NCBI GenBank assembly: GCA_964571765.1
Contig: CAZNDH010000006.1
Location: forward strand, 25,387 to 89,386
Direction of reading: 5' to 3'
Source of the DNA: an uncultured Acidimicrobiaceae bacterium
GTDB lineage: Bacteria; Actinomycetota; Acidimicrobiia; Spongiisociales; ZC4RG35
Length of the DNA: 64,000 bases
In this document: piece after piece, positions 29,972 through 39,569 of the stretch
Layout: each line of letters begins with the position of its first letter
How positions within the stretch are numbered: the stretch's first letter is position 1
Program-made: the position numbers and the translations under genes
The notes under the pieces: generated by a model
The model's input: the letters and a program-made list of their open reading frames with translations, nothing else
Databases searched by the model: none
Told to the model about the DNA's origin: nothing

Positions 29972-32265
29972 CCGGGATCCTGGCGCTGGCGCTGGTGCTG
30001 CTGCGCACCGGACGGCTGGTTCAGTTCGGCGAAGGGCTCCCCCAGTGGAATTTGATCCTGATCTCGGCAACGCTCCTCGGGGGGATCGTGTGGTGGCTCA
30101 TCAGCCAGACCAACTTGAGGCCGGGGGCCGGGGTGTTCCTGTTCGCGCTGGGGGCGGTGGTGGTGTTCCTCCGGATTGCCGTACCCGAGACGTTGGTCTT
30201 CGGGGTGGTGCCCACCGAAGAGACACTTCCATTGCTCGGGGAGCGCATGGACGACGCCCAGCGCCTGATTCGGGTGGGGGTGGCGCCCGTGTTCCCCGAG
30301 CCCGGCCTGATCGCCCTCCTCGCCCTGCTGATGTGGTCCCTGGGAGGACTGTTCTCCCAGGTTGGCATGACCGGCAGGATCATCACAATGATCGTGCCCG
30401 CCGGGATCGTCTACCTCCAGTTCGCGGTGTTCGACCGCCGACCGGTCGGCCTGATCTGGATGGTGGCCGCGGCGGCCTGCCTCGGGCTCACGGTGGCAGC
30501 GGTCGCCTTGGACCGGGCCACCAACGTGGGCCGGGCCCGGGACCAATCGGGGCTGCCCAAACCGCACCGTTCGACGTCTGCCGCCCTGGTCATGGCCGGC
30601 CTCATCGGTATCGTCTCGATCGCCACCACCCACCAGGCGAGGACCCTGGTATCCGAGTACGGCAACCTGCCCTGGCGGTCCGGGGGTGGCGGGTTCGGCG
30701 CCGGTCCGGGCGGTGTGGCCTTCGACCGATTCGTCGATCTGAGACAGCGCCTGATCAGCCGTCAGAACGCCCTCCTCTTCCAGGCCACCCTGGCACCTGG
30801 CGCACCCCCTCCCGGCCAGCTCTATTGGCGGATGGAGACTCTCGATGAGTTCGACGGGGTGTTCTGGCGGCGATCCAACAGCCAAAGCCGCGTCTACACA
30901 CCGGGGACCATCATTGGCGACCCCGACCACACCTATGGAGGGGCCCAGACATCAGTGTTGCAGCGGGTCTACATCGACCGTCTCCTCGGGGAGGTCCTCC
31001 CCACCGCCGGTGAGCCCAACGCCATACATCAGGTGGCCGGGGACAATGTGCTCACTCCCCAGGCCATCCGGTTCGGCAGAGATGCAGCCCTCTTCTACCC
31101 GGTGGGCCTCCAAGCGGGGGACAACTACCAGGTGGAGACCACCTACCCACTCCTCGAGCAGGACTTGGGCGCCCTGGCCACAGGGCCCGACGGGGAGCTG
31201 ACCCCTCTCTTCGCCGCTGCCGCCGAGGCCGGGCTCTTCGCCGCCGCCCCCGGCCAAGCGGCGGGCGTGGTGGAACGCCCCCCCGACCTCGATCAGTTCG
31301 TCCGCCTCCCCCCCAATACCCCCCCTGGTCTGCGCAACATCGCGGTAGCTCGCACCCTTGGAGCTTCCACCCCCTTCGAGCGTGCCTGGATGCTCCAGCA
31401 CTGGTTCCGAGACAGCGAGGACTTCACCTATTCCCAGGAGGTCACCACCGGGCACGGCTCGCTGGTGCTCCTGGAGTGGCTCAACGACCCAGACAGCCTG
31501 AACTTCCGCACCGGCTACTGCGAGCAGTTCGCCGCCGCCATGGCGGTCTTGGGGCGGACCCTGGGAATCCCCAGCCGGGTGGTCTGGGGTTTCACCCCGG
31601 GATCGACGGTCAACATCGATGGGCTCGAAGTGATCGAGGTGCGCGACACCAATGCCCATGCCTGGGTGGAGATGTGGATGGATGATCTCGGCTGGGTGCG
31701 TTTCGATCCCACCCCCCGAGGCGGGGTGTTACCCGCCAGCATGACCGCCGGCTGGGACCCCGCCGAGTATGTGCCCCGCAACCCGGTCACCGGCTCACCG
31801 ATCACACCCGAGCTCCCCGAGCTGCCCGAGGAGCTGCCCGGCCTGATAGATGAACCCCCGATTGCCTCACCTGGGGGTGGCCCCCGCCTCTGGCCCCTCT
31901 GGATACCGCTGATCGCCGCCCTGCTCGGGGTGATCCCCTTCGCCAAGCGGATGAGACGGCGACGAAGGATGCGACGGCTCCTCGAGGGAGACATCACTGC
32001 CGCCTGGGATGAGATCGTCGATCGGCTCGCCGACCTCGGCGAACCAGTGGCCGACCACCTCACCCCCCTGGAGTTCGCCCGGGCCAGTGGCACCGCCCTG
32101 ATCCCCTTGGCCAACTGGTATTCGGCGGCGATCTACGGGGGAAAGAGCTCCCCGGTCGCGGAGAGCGACCTGGTCGAGGTGGAGTGGTGGCTGCAGAACC
32201 GCTACGACACCGGCCAGCGACTGAAAGGTGCCCTCAACCCCCGCTCGCTGATCAACCGGCGCTGA
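29947..32265 (+). CDS. transglutaminase-like membrane protein (TgpA-like, DUF3488 plus transglutaminase core)
   Basis: Multi-TM N-terminal half. Cys-His-Asp core: GYCEQFA ... HAWVEMW ... VRFDPT. Start at the internal ATG 29947, overlapping DUF58. Confidence 0.8.
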   Translation: MGRRLGQLAGILALALVLLRTGRLVQFGEGLPQWNLILISATLLGGIVWWLISQTNLRPGAGVFLFALGAVVVFLRIAVPETLVFGVVPTEETLPLLGERMDDAQRLIRVGVAPVFPEPGLIALLALLMWSLGGLFSQVGMTGRIITMIVPAGIVYLQFAVFDRRPVGLIWMVAAAACLGLTVAAVALDRATNVGRARDQSGLPKPHRSTSAALVMAGLIGIVSIATTHQARTLVSEYGNLPWRSGGGGFGAGPGGVAFDRFVDLRQRLISRQNALLFQATLAPGAPPPGQLYWRMETLDEFDGVFWRRSNSQSRVYTPGTIIGDPDHTYGGAQTSVLQRVYIDRLLGEVLPTAGEPNAIHQVAGDNVLTPQAIRFGRDAALFYPVGLQAGDNYQVETTYPLLEQDLGALATGPDGELTPLFAAAAEAGLFAAAPGQAAGVVERPPDLDQFVRLPPNTPPGLRNIAVARTLGASTPFERAWMLQHWFRDSEDFTYSQEVTTGHGSLVLLEWLNDPDSLNFRTGYCEQFAAAMAVLGRTLGIPSRVVWGFTPGSTVNIDGLEVIEVRDTNAHAWVEMWMDDLGWVRFDPTPRGGVLPASMTAGWDPAEYVPRNPVTGSPITPELPELPEELPGLIDEPPIASPGGGPRLWPLWIPLIAALLGVIPFAKRMRRRRRMRRLLEGDITAAWDEIVDRLADLGEPVADHLTPLEFARASGTALIPLANWYSAAIYGGKSSPVAESDLVEVEWWLQNRYDTGQRLKGALNPRSLINRR

Positions 32266-32275
32266 TCTGGCCGGG

Positions 32276-32770
32276 TCAGGTTCCGGTGCGCCGCTCCTCG
32301 ATCACATCCTCTTCGACGCGACGCAACATGGTCAGGAACCTCTCCCGATCGAGCTCGAAGTAGGTGACGTCCTCTTCGACTTCACGAGCGATCTCGTCGA
32401 TGGCGACAAAGAAAGCGAGCTGACCTTCGCGGAGTGCGTCGAGAAGCTCACCCTCATCACTGCTCACTCGGAAGATGCTCTTGCCGTCGGTGACCAGTTT
32501 GACCTGGGCGAGATGCTCGTCCATACCGCCCTCCCGTCGCAGGTAGTCCCAAGCCCGCCGAACCCGCTGGAGCGACATACCGTTGTCGAGGAGACTGCGA
32601 ACCACCCTCAATGCCACCAGATCGCGGAAGGAGTAGAGCCGACGTACCCCCGGTCTCCCCCCGCTGCTCTGAAGAGAAGGGCTCACCAGCCCGACACGAT
32701 CCCAGTAACGCAGTTGGTGATGGGTGCAACCACTCAGCCGACATGCCTGTTCGGCTGTGAAAGCCTGCTC
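32276..32770 (-). CDS. MerR family transcriptional regulator
   Basis: Helix-turn-helix region FTAEQACRLSGCTHHQLRYWDRVGLV...LYSFRDLVALRVV. The track start at 33025 overlaps the DUF3040 gene. A TTG at 32770 preceded by GGAGAGG is proposed instead. Confidence 0.55.
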   Translation of the reverse strand, partial: EQAFTAEQACRLSGCTHHQLRYWDRVGLVSPSLQSSGGRPGVRRLYSFRDLVALRVVRSLLDNGMSLQRVRRAWDYLRREGGMDEHLAQVKLVTDGKSIFRVSSDEGELLDALREGQLAFFVAIDEIAREVEEDVTYFELDRERFLTMLRRVEEDVIEERRTGT

Positions 32771-32904
32771 CAAGGTGTCCTCTCCAAAGCTTCGAGTCAA
32801 CGGGCCGGGGCGGGGCCCGAGTATGTGTCTGTCGTGCCCGCGGTGACAGTCGGGGCCGGAACAATAGCCACTTGGTTGGAGCCAGGACGGCCGGGGAGCG
32901 ACTC

Positions 32905-33207
32905 TTACTCGTCCAGTTCCTCGGCGGGCTCCGCGGCGGAGGTTCTCCAGCCTCGAACTCGCACCGCGTTGACGAGCGATGTTGCCGACAACACCAGCAG
33001 GGCGAATCCTGCGGCGGCCACCCAAGTCTCCGAGAGGTAGGCGACGATGATCGCCAGGCCGGCCAGGACGCCGAGTATCGACAACTTCACCCCCACCCGG
33101 AGGGGGTTCTCGATTCGCTGCACGGCGCGAGCCAGTTCGGGGTCTTCCTCGTAGAACTGGCGCTCGATCTCCGCCAGGATCCTCTGTTCCTTGTCATCAA
33201 GCGGCAT
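32905..33207 (-). CDS. DUF3040 domain membrane protein
   Basis: N-terminus MPLDDKEQRILAEIERQFYEEDPEL followed by two TM segments, the DUF3040 hallmark. ATG at 33207. Confidence 0.7.
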   Translation of the reverse strand: MPLDDKEQRILAEIERQFYEEDPELARAVQRIENPLRVGVKLSILGVLAGLAIIVAYLSETWVAAAGFALLVLSATSLVNAVRVRGWRTSAAEPAEELDE

Positions 33208-33308
33208 GGTCCACCGGGCCTCTGGTGCCCACCGCAAACATTACACCGGTATCGGCTTCAGGTGACAGGGTTCTTTCCACGATCCTCCAGGGTGGGGCCC
33301 TGCTGGGT

Positions 33309-34415
33309 CTACCCGTCGTCCGGGAAGGCCAACTCGGCCTGACGAGGCTGATCGTCCCGCTCCAGTGTGGTGGCGGCGAGGCCAATCAGTCGGACCGGCC
33401 CTTCCAAACTCACCTCGGCGAGCAGGCTCCGGCTCACATCGAAGAGCTCCCCTGCCGACTGGATCGGCCGCGATGAGGTGCGGCTCCTTGTGATCGTCTC
33501 GAAGTCGGGGAACCGAACCTTGAGGCTCACCGTGCGGGCAGCCACCCCGGCGCGACGCAGCCGCTCGGAGAGGCCGCGGGCATGGTCGAACAGAGCCCCG
33601 GTCACCACAGCGACGCCCTCGAGATCGACCGGGTAGGTCTCCTCCACCGAGATCGACTTCACCTCCTGGTCGGGGATGACGGCACGGGTGTCGACACCCC
33701 GGGCGAGCTCGAGGAGCTGGCGTCCCATGTTGGGGCCGAGAATGCGGCCCAGGGTCGGTGCAGGTGTCAGCGATAGGTCGGCGACCGTCTCGATCCCGAG
33801 ACGGGTCAGCGAGGCATGGGTCGCCGGCCCGACTCCGGGCAGGGCACCCACGGGAAGAGCATGGAGGAAGACGATCTTGTCTTCGACCGGGACGTGCTTG
33901 ATCCCGTCGGGTTTGGCTGCCCCCGACGCCAGCTTGGCGACCAGCTTGTTCGGTCCGATCCCAACTGACGACGGGATACCCACCTCGGAGCGGATCCTCT
34001 CCTTGATCGCCTCTGCCACCGCCACCGGCGAGTGGTAGTGGAGTCGCAGCCCTGAGATGTCGACAAACGCCTCGTCCAGGGAAAGCCCTTCTACCAATGG
34101 GCTGAACTCTCGGAACACCGAGAACACCCTGGCCGATATCTCTGCGTACCTAGGGTGGTAGGGCGGGATCACCCGGAGCCGGGGACACACTCGCCGTGCC
34201 AGCGCGGTGGGTTGCGCCGAGTGCACTCCCTCCTCCCTGGCCTCGTATGAGGCACTGGCGATGGTTCCCCTGGGGCCGATGCCCCCCACCGCCACCGGCA
34301 ACGAGCGAAGCGTCGGGTCAAACAGTCTCTCCACCTCCACGTAGAACGCATCCATGTCGACGTGGAGGATCGGCTCGGCCCACACCTCCTCGAAGTTACC
34401 CGGCGTTGGGGACAT
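33309..34415 (-). CDS. dinB: DNA polymerase IV (Y-family)
   Basis: ILHVDMDAFYVEVE catalytic N-terminus, then thumb and little-finger domains. Confidence 0.9.
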   Translation of the reverse strand: MSPTPGNFEEVWAEPILHVDMDAFYVEVERLFDPTLRSLPVAVGGIGPRGTIASASYEAREEGVHSAQPTALARRVCPRLRVIPPYHPRYAEISARVFSVFREFSPLVEGLSLDEAFVDISGLRLHYHSPVAVAEAIKERIRSEVGIPSSVGIGPNKLVAKLASGAAKPDGIKHVPVEDKIVFLHALPVGALPGVGPATHASLTRLGIETVADLSLTPAPTLGRILGPNMGRQLLELARGVDTRAVIPDQEVKSISVEETYPVDLEGVAVVTGALFDHARGLSERLRRAGVAARTVSLKVRFPDFETITRSRTSSRPIQSAGELFDVSRSLLAEVSLEGPVRLIGLAATTLERDDQPRQAELAFPDDG

Positions 34416-35109
34416 GACCGGCCAAACTGACCGTATGGCTGCCCTGGTTCATCTGGTTCGACACGCCGAAGTCGAAAACCCCGAGAATCTCGTCTACGGG
34501 TCGATGCCTGGTTTCGGCCTGTCGCCGCAAGGGCTGGAACAGGCCCGCCGGGTGGGTCGGTATCTGGGGGCCCGCGCCGTCGTCGCCATCTGGTCATCGC
34601 CCCTGGAGCCCGCCTTGCGGACCGCCGAGGAGATCGCGGCTCGCTCCGGCGTACCGGTGCGGGTCGACGAGGGCCTTCGCGACTGGGACATCACCGACCG
34701 GTGGCGAGGCCAGCGGTGGGCCTCGGTGTCCGCGGCATTCCCCGAGGAACTGGAGGTCTATCTCGACCGACCCCACGAGGTTGACTTCACCGAGGAGACC
34801 CTCCATCAGGTGGCCGATCGGGTGGCCGCGGTCGCCCGCCGCCTCGACGAGGTCCATCCCCATGGAGACGTTGTCATCGTCTCCCACCAGGACCCGGTCC
34901 AGGCGGGACGGCTCCGTCTCGTCGGCTTCGACCTGTCCAGGCTGCACCAAGGCTCTCCAGAAAACGGTGCGGTGATCACGTTGAGGCCGGGAAGCACCTG
35001 GATCGAGGAGACAGTGTGGGGTCCCACGGAGTCACCGCGGTTCGGGGAGCGCTCCGAGCTCCGGGTGGTGGTGGCGGGAGAAGGACCCCAGCGACCAACT
35101 TCGGCTTGA
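34414..35109 (+). CDS. histidine phosphatase family protein (phosphoglycerate mutase-like)
   Basis: LVRHAE catalytic motif near the N-terminus. The start could be the ATG at 34414 or at 34432. Confidence 0.7.
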   Translation: MTGQTDRMAALVHLVRHAEVENPENLVYGSMPGFGLSPQGLEQARRVGRYLGARAVVAIWSSPLEPALRTAEEIAARSGVPVRVDEGLRDWDITDRWRGQRWASVSAAFPEELEVYLDRPHEVDFTEETLHQVADRVAAVARRLDEVHPHGDVVIVSHQDPVQAGRLRLVGFDLSRLHQGSPENGAVITLRPGSTWIEETVWGPTESPRFGERSELRVVVAGEGPQRPTSA

Positions 35110-35165
35110 CCTCGACCGCTGGCAGACTCCCAAGTGTGAGACCATCGCTTCTCGCCCTGGCACCA

Positions 35166-35873
35166 ATGGCGTCGGCCATGGCCTGGACGGTGACACTCAT
35201 CGTCGACCCCGGGCCCTTTCGACCTGGTCCGTCAATGCTCCTGGTCGCCCTGGGGCTGGCCAGCGGAGCCACCGTGGCCACGGTCGGGATGGTGGTGGTC
35301 GGGGGGAGATGGGCCCACCGGTACGCCTCGGTGACGCTGGCAGGGGGTGCCGCCGTCGCCATGATCAGACCGATCGACACCGCCTGGTGGGCATCAGCCG
35401 TGGTCACCACCCTCTCCGGGATCGCCCTCGTGGTGTTGGCCGATCGGGTGCGGCGTCTCCCTTCAGCCACGGGACCCCCGACGCGAGCGGTACTCGTCCC
35501 CCTCGTCCTGCTGGCAGCACCACTCGCCCTGGGACTGGCGACACCGACCCGGTGGTGGCCGGTGTTGATCGTCGGACTGGGCGCCCCAGTCGCCGCCCTT
35601 GCCTATGCGCGGGTGATGTTCGGTGGCCTGGTCGCCACCCGTATCCTGTTCCCCGTGGCCGCCGTCGGTCTGGCTCTCCTCATGGAGCCGGCCGTAGGTG
35701 CCGTGTCAGGTTTGCTGGGGGGGACCACTGCGGCGCTCGCCTGGCACCCTTCGGTCAAGACCGCCTACCACCCGCCACGCGAGAGAGGCTCGCTGTTCCC
35801 CATCCCACCCGAGCTCACCCCTGATGAGGTCCTCGATGCCGCCCGGATAGACGACACCGGGAGACCCCGCTGA
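35166..35873 (+). CDS. hypothetical polytopic membrane protein
   Basis: Highly hydrophobic 235-aa ORF with no family assignment. Start placed at the internal ATG. Confidence 0.35.
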   Translation: MASAMAWTVTLIVDPGPFRPGPSMLLVALGLASGATVATVGMVVVGGRWAHRYASVTLAGGAAVAMIRPIDTAWWASAVVTTLSGIALVVLADRVRRLPSATGPPTRAVLVPLVLLAAPLALGLATPTRWWPVLIVGLGAPVAALAYARVMFGGLVATRILFPVAAVGLALLMEPAVGAVSGLLGGTTAALAWHPSVKTAYHPPRERGSLFPIPPELTPDEVLDAARIDDTGRPR

Positions 35874-35917
35874 GAAAGCCCAACCCCTGGATCGCCATCC
35901 CTTCCCTGGGGACCGGC

Positions 35918-36127
35918 TTGCTTGCCGGCGCCCTCGGGTGGGTTGTGACCGACATCAGCTGTCGCAGCGACGGAGGAGTGTCTTGTCCTGGCTGGACCGT
36001 CCTGTTCGCGGTCACATCGTTCATCGCCGCCACCGTGGGTGTCGGACTGCTCCTGGTCCTCGCCTACCGCAGCCTCTCCGAGTGGAGGCAAACGACGTCC
36101 CCCCCCTCGCGGGGGGACCGCTCGTAG
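35918..36127 (+). CDS. hypothetical small membrane protein
   Basis: 69-aa ORF with one or two predicted TM segments. Weakly supported. Confidence 0.2.
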   Translation: MLAGALGWVVTDISCRSDGGVSCPGWTVLFAVTSFIAATVGVGLLLVLAYRSLSEWRQTTSPPSRGDRS

Positions 36128-36159
36128 AACATCGTCTCAGGAGGTGGCGGCGGAGTCCG

Positions 36160-37413
36160 TCAGAGAGCTGAGAAGACCAGGGACACGTTGTGGCCACCGA
36201 AGCCGAAGGAGTTGGACATGACGTGGCGCAGGGCGACCGCCTCGCGGGCCTCGTTGGGCACATAGTCGAGGTCACACTCCGGGTCCGGAGTCTGGTAATT
36301 GATCGTGGGGGGGAGCACCTGATCGCGAAGCGCCAAGATCGAGATGATCGCCTCCACGGCACCAGCGCCCCCGAGGATGTGCCCTGTCATCGACTTGGTC
36401 GATGACACCGGTGTGCGGTAGGCCCGCTCGCCTAGAGCGATCTTGATCGCAGCCGTCTCTGTCGAATCATTGGCTTCGGTGGAGGTGCCATGGGCGTTGA
36501 TGTAGCCCAGGGCCTCGTCTTCGATCCTGGCGTCGTCGAGGGCTGCTCGCATCGACCTGGCCGCACCGGCTCCACCCGGTCTGGGCAGAGTTATGTGGTA
36601 GGCGTCAGCCGACATCCCGTACCCGGTGACCTCGGCCATCGGCTCGGCTCCCCGCGCCCTGGCATGGTCGAGCCCCTCGAGCACCATTACTCCCCCGCCC
36701 TCACCCATCAGGAATCCGTCACGATCGGCATCGAAGGGCCGGGAAGCGGAGGCGGGATCGTCATTGCGAGTCGACAGGGCGCGTGCCTGGGCGAAGGTGG
36801 CGATCCCGAAGGTGGTTATGGCTGCCTCGGCGCCTCCGGCGACCATCACGTCGGCTGCCCCTCTTCGAATGATCTCGGCGGCGTCGCCGATGGCGTTGGC
36901 CGAGGCGCTGCATGCGGTGACCACACAGGAGACCGGACCGGTCAGGTTGTGCTCGATCGACACCAAACCTGCCGCCATGTTGGGGATCACCCGGGGAACC
37001 CCGGTCGGGCTCACCCGGTCGGGTCCTCGGTCCAGCAGTGTGGTGATCTCGTCGATGAACGAGCCCATACCCCCGAACCCAGCCCCAACCATCACCCCGG
37101 CCCGGGAGGCAGCCTCTTCGTCAGATCCCAGGTCGAGGCCTGCGTCGGAAAGAGCCTGCCTGGCGGCAACGATGAAGAACTCGGAGAAGCGGTCGAGCCT
37201 CCTCGCCTCCTTGGGTTCGAAATGGGCGGCGGTGTCCCAATCGGTGACCTCGGCGGCGATAGTGGTCCGATATCCGGTGGCATCGAACAGGGTGATCTTG
37301 CCCGCCCCGGAGACACCCCGTCTGATGGCGTCCCATGTGGAGGCGACGTCCAGCCCTACCGGAGTGACCGCTCCCACCCCGGTGACGACGACGCGGCGTG
37401 GCGACGATCTCAT
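36160..37413 (-). CDS. fabF: 3-oxoacyl-[acyl-carrier-protein] synthase II
   Basis: KAS II family with an active-site Cys context and His-His motifs. Confidence 0.9.
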   Translation of the reverse strand: MRSSPRRVVVTGVGAVTPVGLDVASTWDAIRRGVSGAGKITLFDATGYRTTIAAEVTDWDTAAHFEPKEARRLDRFSEFFIVAARQALSDAGLDLGSDEEAASRAGVMVGAGFGGMGSFIDEITTLLDRGPDRVSPTGVPRVIPNMAAGLVSIEHNLTGPVSCVVTACSASANAIGDAAEIIRRGAADVMVAGGAEAAITTFGIATFAQARALSTRNDDPASASRPFDADRDGFLMGEGGGVMVLEGLDHARARGAEPMAEVTGYGMSADAYHITLPRPGGAGAARSMRAALDDARIEDEALGYINAHGTSTEANDSTETAAIKIALGERAYRTPVSSTKSMTGHILGGAGAVEAIISILALRDQVLPPTINYQTPDPECDLDYVPNEAREAVALRHVMSNSFGFGGHNVSLVFSAL

Positions 37414-37441
37414 GGGAAACCCGGGCCTCCAGCCGACGGGA

Positions 37442-37687
37442 TCAGCCGCTGAGCTTTCCGTGGACCAGGTCGATCGCCTGGCCGACGGTCATGATCGTCT
37501 CAGCTTCGTCGTCGGGGATCTTGACGTCGAACTCGTCCTCCAGCGCCATGAGCAACTCGACCACGCCCAGACTGTCCACATCGAGGTCTTCTTCGAAGTG
37601 GGCCTCATCGTTGATCTTCTCTGCGTCAAGCCCGAGCTCGGACACCAACACTCCAACGAGTCGCTCCGATACCTGATCCCTGTCCAT
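37442..37687 (-). CDS. acpP: acyl carrier protein
   Basis: 81 aa with the DLDVDSL phosphopantetheine-attachment motif. Confidence 0.9.
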   Translation of the reverse strand: MDRDQVSERLVGVLVSELGLDAEKINDEAHFEEDLDVDSLGVVELLMALEDEFDVKIPDDEAETIMTVGQAIDLVHGKLSG

Positions 37688-37722
37688 CCATTTCTCCTGT
37701 CTCTCGGATTGCCGGGGGGAAC

Positions 37723-38472
37723 TTACAGCGCGATGCCGCCGTCTACCGCTATCACCTGCCCCGTGATGTAGCCGGCGGCATCGGAAGCGAGGAATTCGAC
37801 CAGGGCGGCCACCTCATGGGGCTCCCCGAAACGGCCGGCGGTGATGGCGTCGAGGGCCGCCGCCTTCACCTGGTCGGTGAGCACATCGGTGAGGTCGGTT
37901 GTGATGTAGCCGGGGGCGACCACATTTGCGGTGATCCCCCGCGACCCGACCTCCTTGGCCACCGACTTGGTCAGCCCGATCATCCCGGCTTTGGATGCCG
38001 CGTAGTTGGCCTGGCCGGCATTGCCGGTGATGCCGGCCACCGAGGCGATCGAGATCACCCGGCCCCAACGCGAGCGCAACATCCCGCGTAGCGCCCTCTT
38101 GGTGCAGAGGAAGGCGGATCTCAGGTTGGTGGCGATGACTCTGTCGAAGTCGTCTGGGGACATCCTCAACAGGAGCCCGTCCCTGGTGACCCCGGCATTG
38201 TTGACCAGGATGGCCACCGGGCCCCACTCCTGCTCGACTGTGGCGAACATCGCATCGACCTGATCGGCCAGGGCGACATCGGCCTTCACAGCCACCGCTT
38301 CCCCACCGTCGGACACGATCTTGGCGACGACCTCTTCGGCGGCCTCGTGGTTGCTGGCATAGTTGACCGCTACCCGGTGACCGGCGGAGGCGAGACGCGC
38401 AGCCATGGCGCGTCCCAGGCCTCGGGACCCTCCAGTCACCAGTGCAACTCGCCCTTCGACGTCCTCCGTCAC
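37723..38472 (-). CDS. fabG: 3-oxoacyl-[acyl-carrier-protein] reductase
   Basis: Short-chain dehydrogenase/reductase family: TGGSRGLG cofactor motif and YAASKAG catalytic motif. Confidence 0.85.
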   Translation of the reverse strand: MTEDVEGRVALVTGGSRGLGRAMAARLASAGHRVAVNYASNHEAAEEVVAKIVSDGGEAVAVKADVALADQVDAMFATVEQEWGPVAILVNNAGVTRDGLLLRMSPDDFDRVIATNLRSAFLCTKRALRGMLRSRWGRVISIASVAGITGNAGQANYAASKAGMIGLTKSVAKEVGSRGITANVVAPGYITTDLTDVLTDQVKAAALDAITAGRFGEPHEVAALVEFLASDAAGYITGQVIAVDGGIAL

Positions 38473-39554
38473 GACAACTTCTCCGGCAATCCGAAGAAGT
38501 CGAAGTTGGGTTGGAGCAGCTCCATGGTGTCACGGTCGGGAGGAGGAAGCTCGGCGTCGGACTCGGCGAGCGGCTCGGTTCGCTCACCCCACCGGTAGAC
38601 CACCGAGCCCCAGGTGAGCCCGCCACCGAAGGCGGTGAGGACCAAGATGTCCCCTGGGGAGATCCGGCCTTCCTCGAGTGCTTCGGTGAGGGCGACGGGG
38701 ATGGTCGCCGCCGAGGTGTTCCCGTAGGAGTGGATGTTGACGTAGACCTTGGACTCGTCGAGCCCCAAGCGCCGTGCCGTGGCGTCGATGATCCGGACGT
38801 TGGCCTGATGGGGTATCAGGAGGGCGACCTGGTCCAGGGTCACCCCCGCCTTCTCCAGGGCCTTGGACGACGACTCTCCCATCTTGGTCACCGCCCGACG
38901 GAAGACCTCCTGGCCTTCCATGCTTATCCCGCACTTCGAAGGATCGAGCGGCCCGCGGTCGCCACGGGTACCGTCGACCGGCACCTCGAGTATGTGCCCT
39001 ACCGAACCGTCCATCCCCAGGTCGGAGGCAAGGACTCCCCCCGGGCCCGTTGACGGCTCGAGGACCACTGCACCGGCCCCGTCCCCGAAGAGCACGCAGG
39101 TGGTCCGGTCGGTGAAATCCATGACACTGTGGAGCTTCTCGGTACCCACCAGCAGCACGGTTCGGTACCCGCCACCGCGGATCATGTTGGTCGCCACGTC
39201 GACCCCATAGATGAAGCCGGTGCAGGCCGCGTTGAGGTCCATCGCCGCCGAGTTCCAGGCGCCGAGATGCCTCTGCACCACACTGGCCGTCGAGGGGATG
39301 ATCGAGTCTCCGGTGCAGGTGGCGACCAGGAGGAGGTCGACGTCCTCGGGGTGGCGACCGGCTGCGGCGAGCGCCCGCGCACAGGCCACTGCCGCCAGCT
39401 CCGATGCCTCTACGTGGCTGATCCGCCGCTCTTTGATCCCGGTGCGGGAGGTGATCCACTCGTCCGACGTGTCGACGAGCTGTTCCAGGTCGTGGTTGGA
39501 GAGGACATTGGGGGGCATGCACTTACCCCATCCGGTTATCTCAGCGGTCTGCAT
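38469..39554 (-). CDS. fabH: 3-oxoacyl-[acyl-carrier-protein] synthase III
   Basis: KAS III family (AACTGF active-site Cys, His/Asn motifs) with a C-terminal extension of about 35 aa. Confidence 0.85.
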   Translation of the reverse strand: MQTAEITGWGKCMPPNVLSNHDLEQLVDTSDEWITSRTGIKERRISHVEASELAAVACARALAAAGRHPEDVDLLLVATCTGDSIIPSTASVVQRHLGAWNSAAMDLNAACTGFIYGVDVATNMIRGGGYRTVLLVGTEKLHSVMDFTDRTTCVLFGDGAGAVVLEPSTGPGGVLASDLGMDGSVGHILEVPVDGTRGDRGPLDPSKCGISMEGQEVFRRAVTKMGESSSKALEKAGVTLDQVALLIPHQANVRIIDATARRLGLDESKVYVNIHSYGNTSAATIPVALTEALEEGRISPGDILVLTAFGGGLTWGSVVYRWGERTEPLAESDAELPPPDRDTMELLQPNFDFFGLPEKLS

Positions 39555-39569
39555 TCGTTCGACTCCTCC

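Noticed and set aside
32770-33025. N-terminal 85 aa of the MerR-like ORF
   Set aside because: This part overlaps the DUF3040 gene on the same strand in another frame. The MerR helix-turn-helix begins after a TTG with a GGAGAGG Shine-Dalgarno. The confident DUF3040 N-terminal signature supports the alternative partition.
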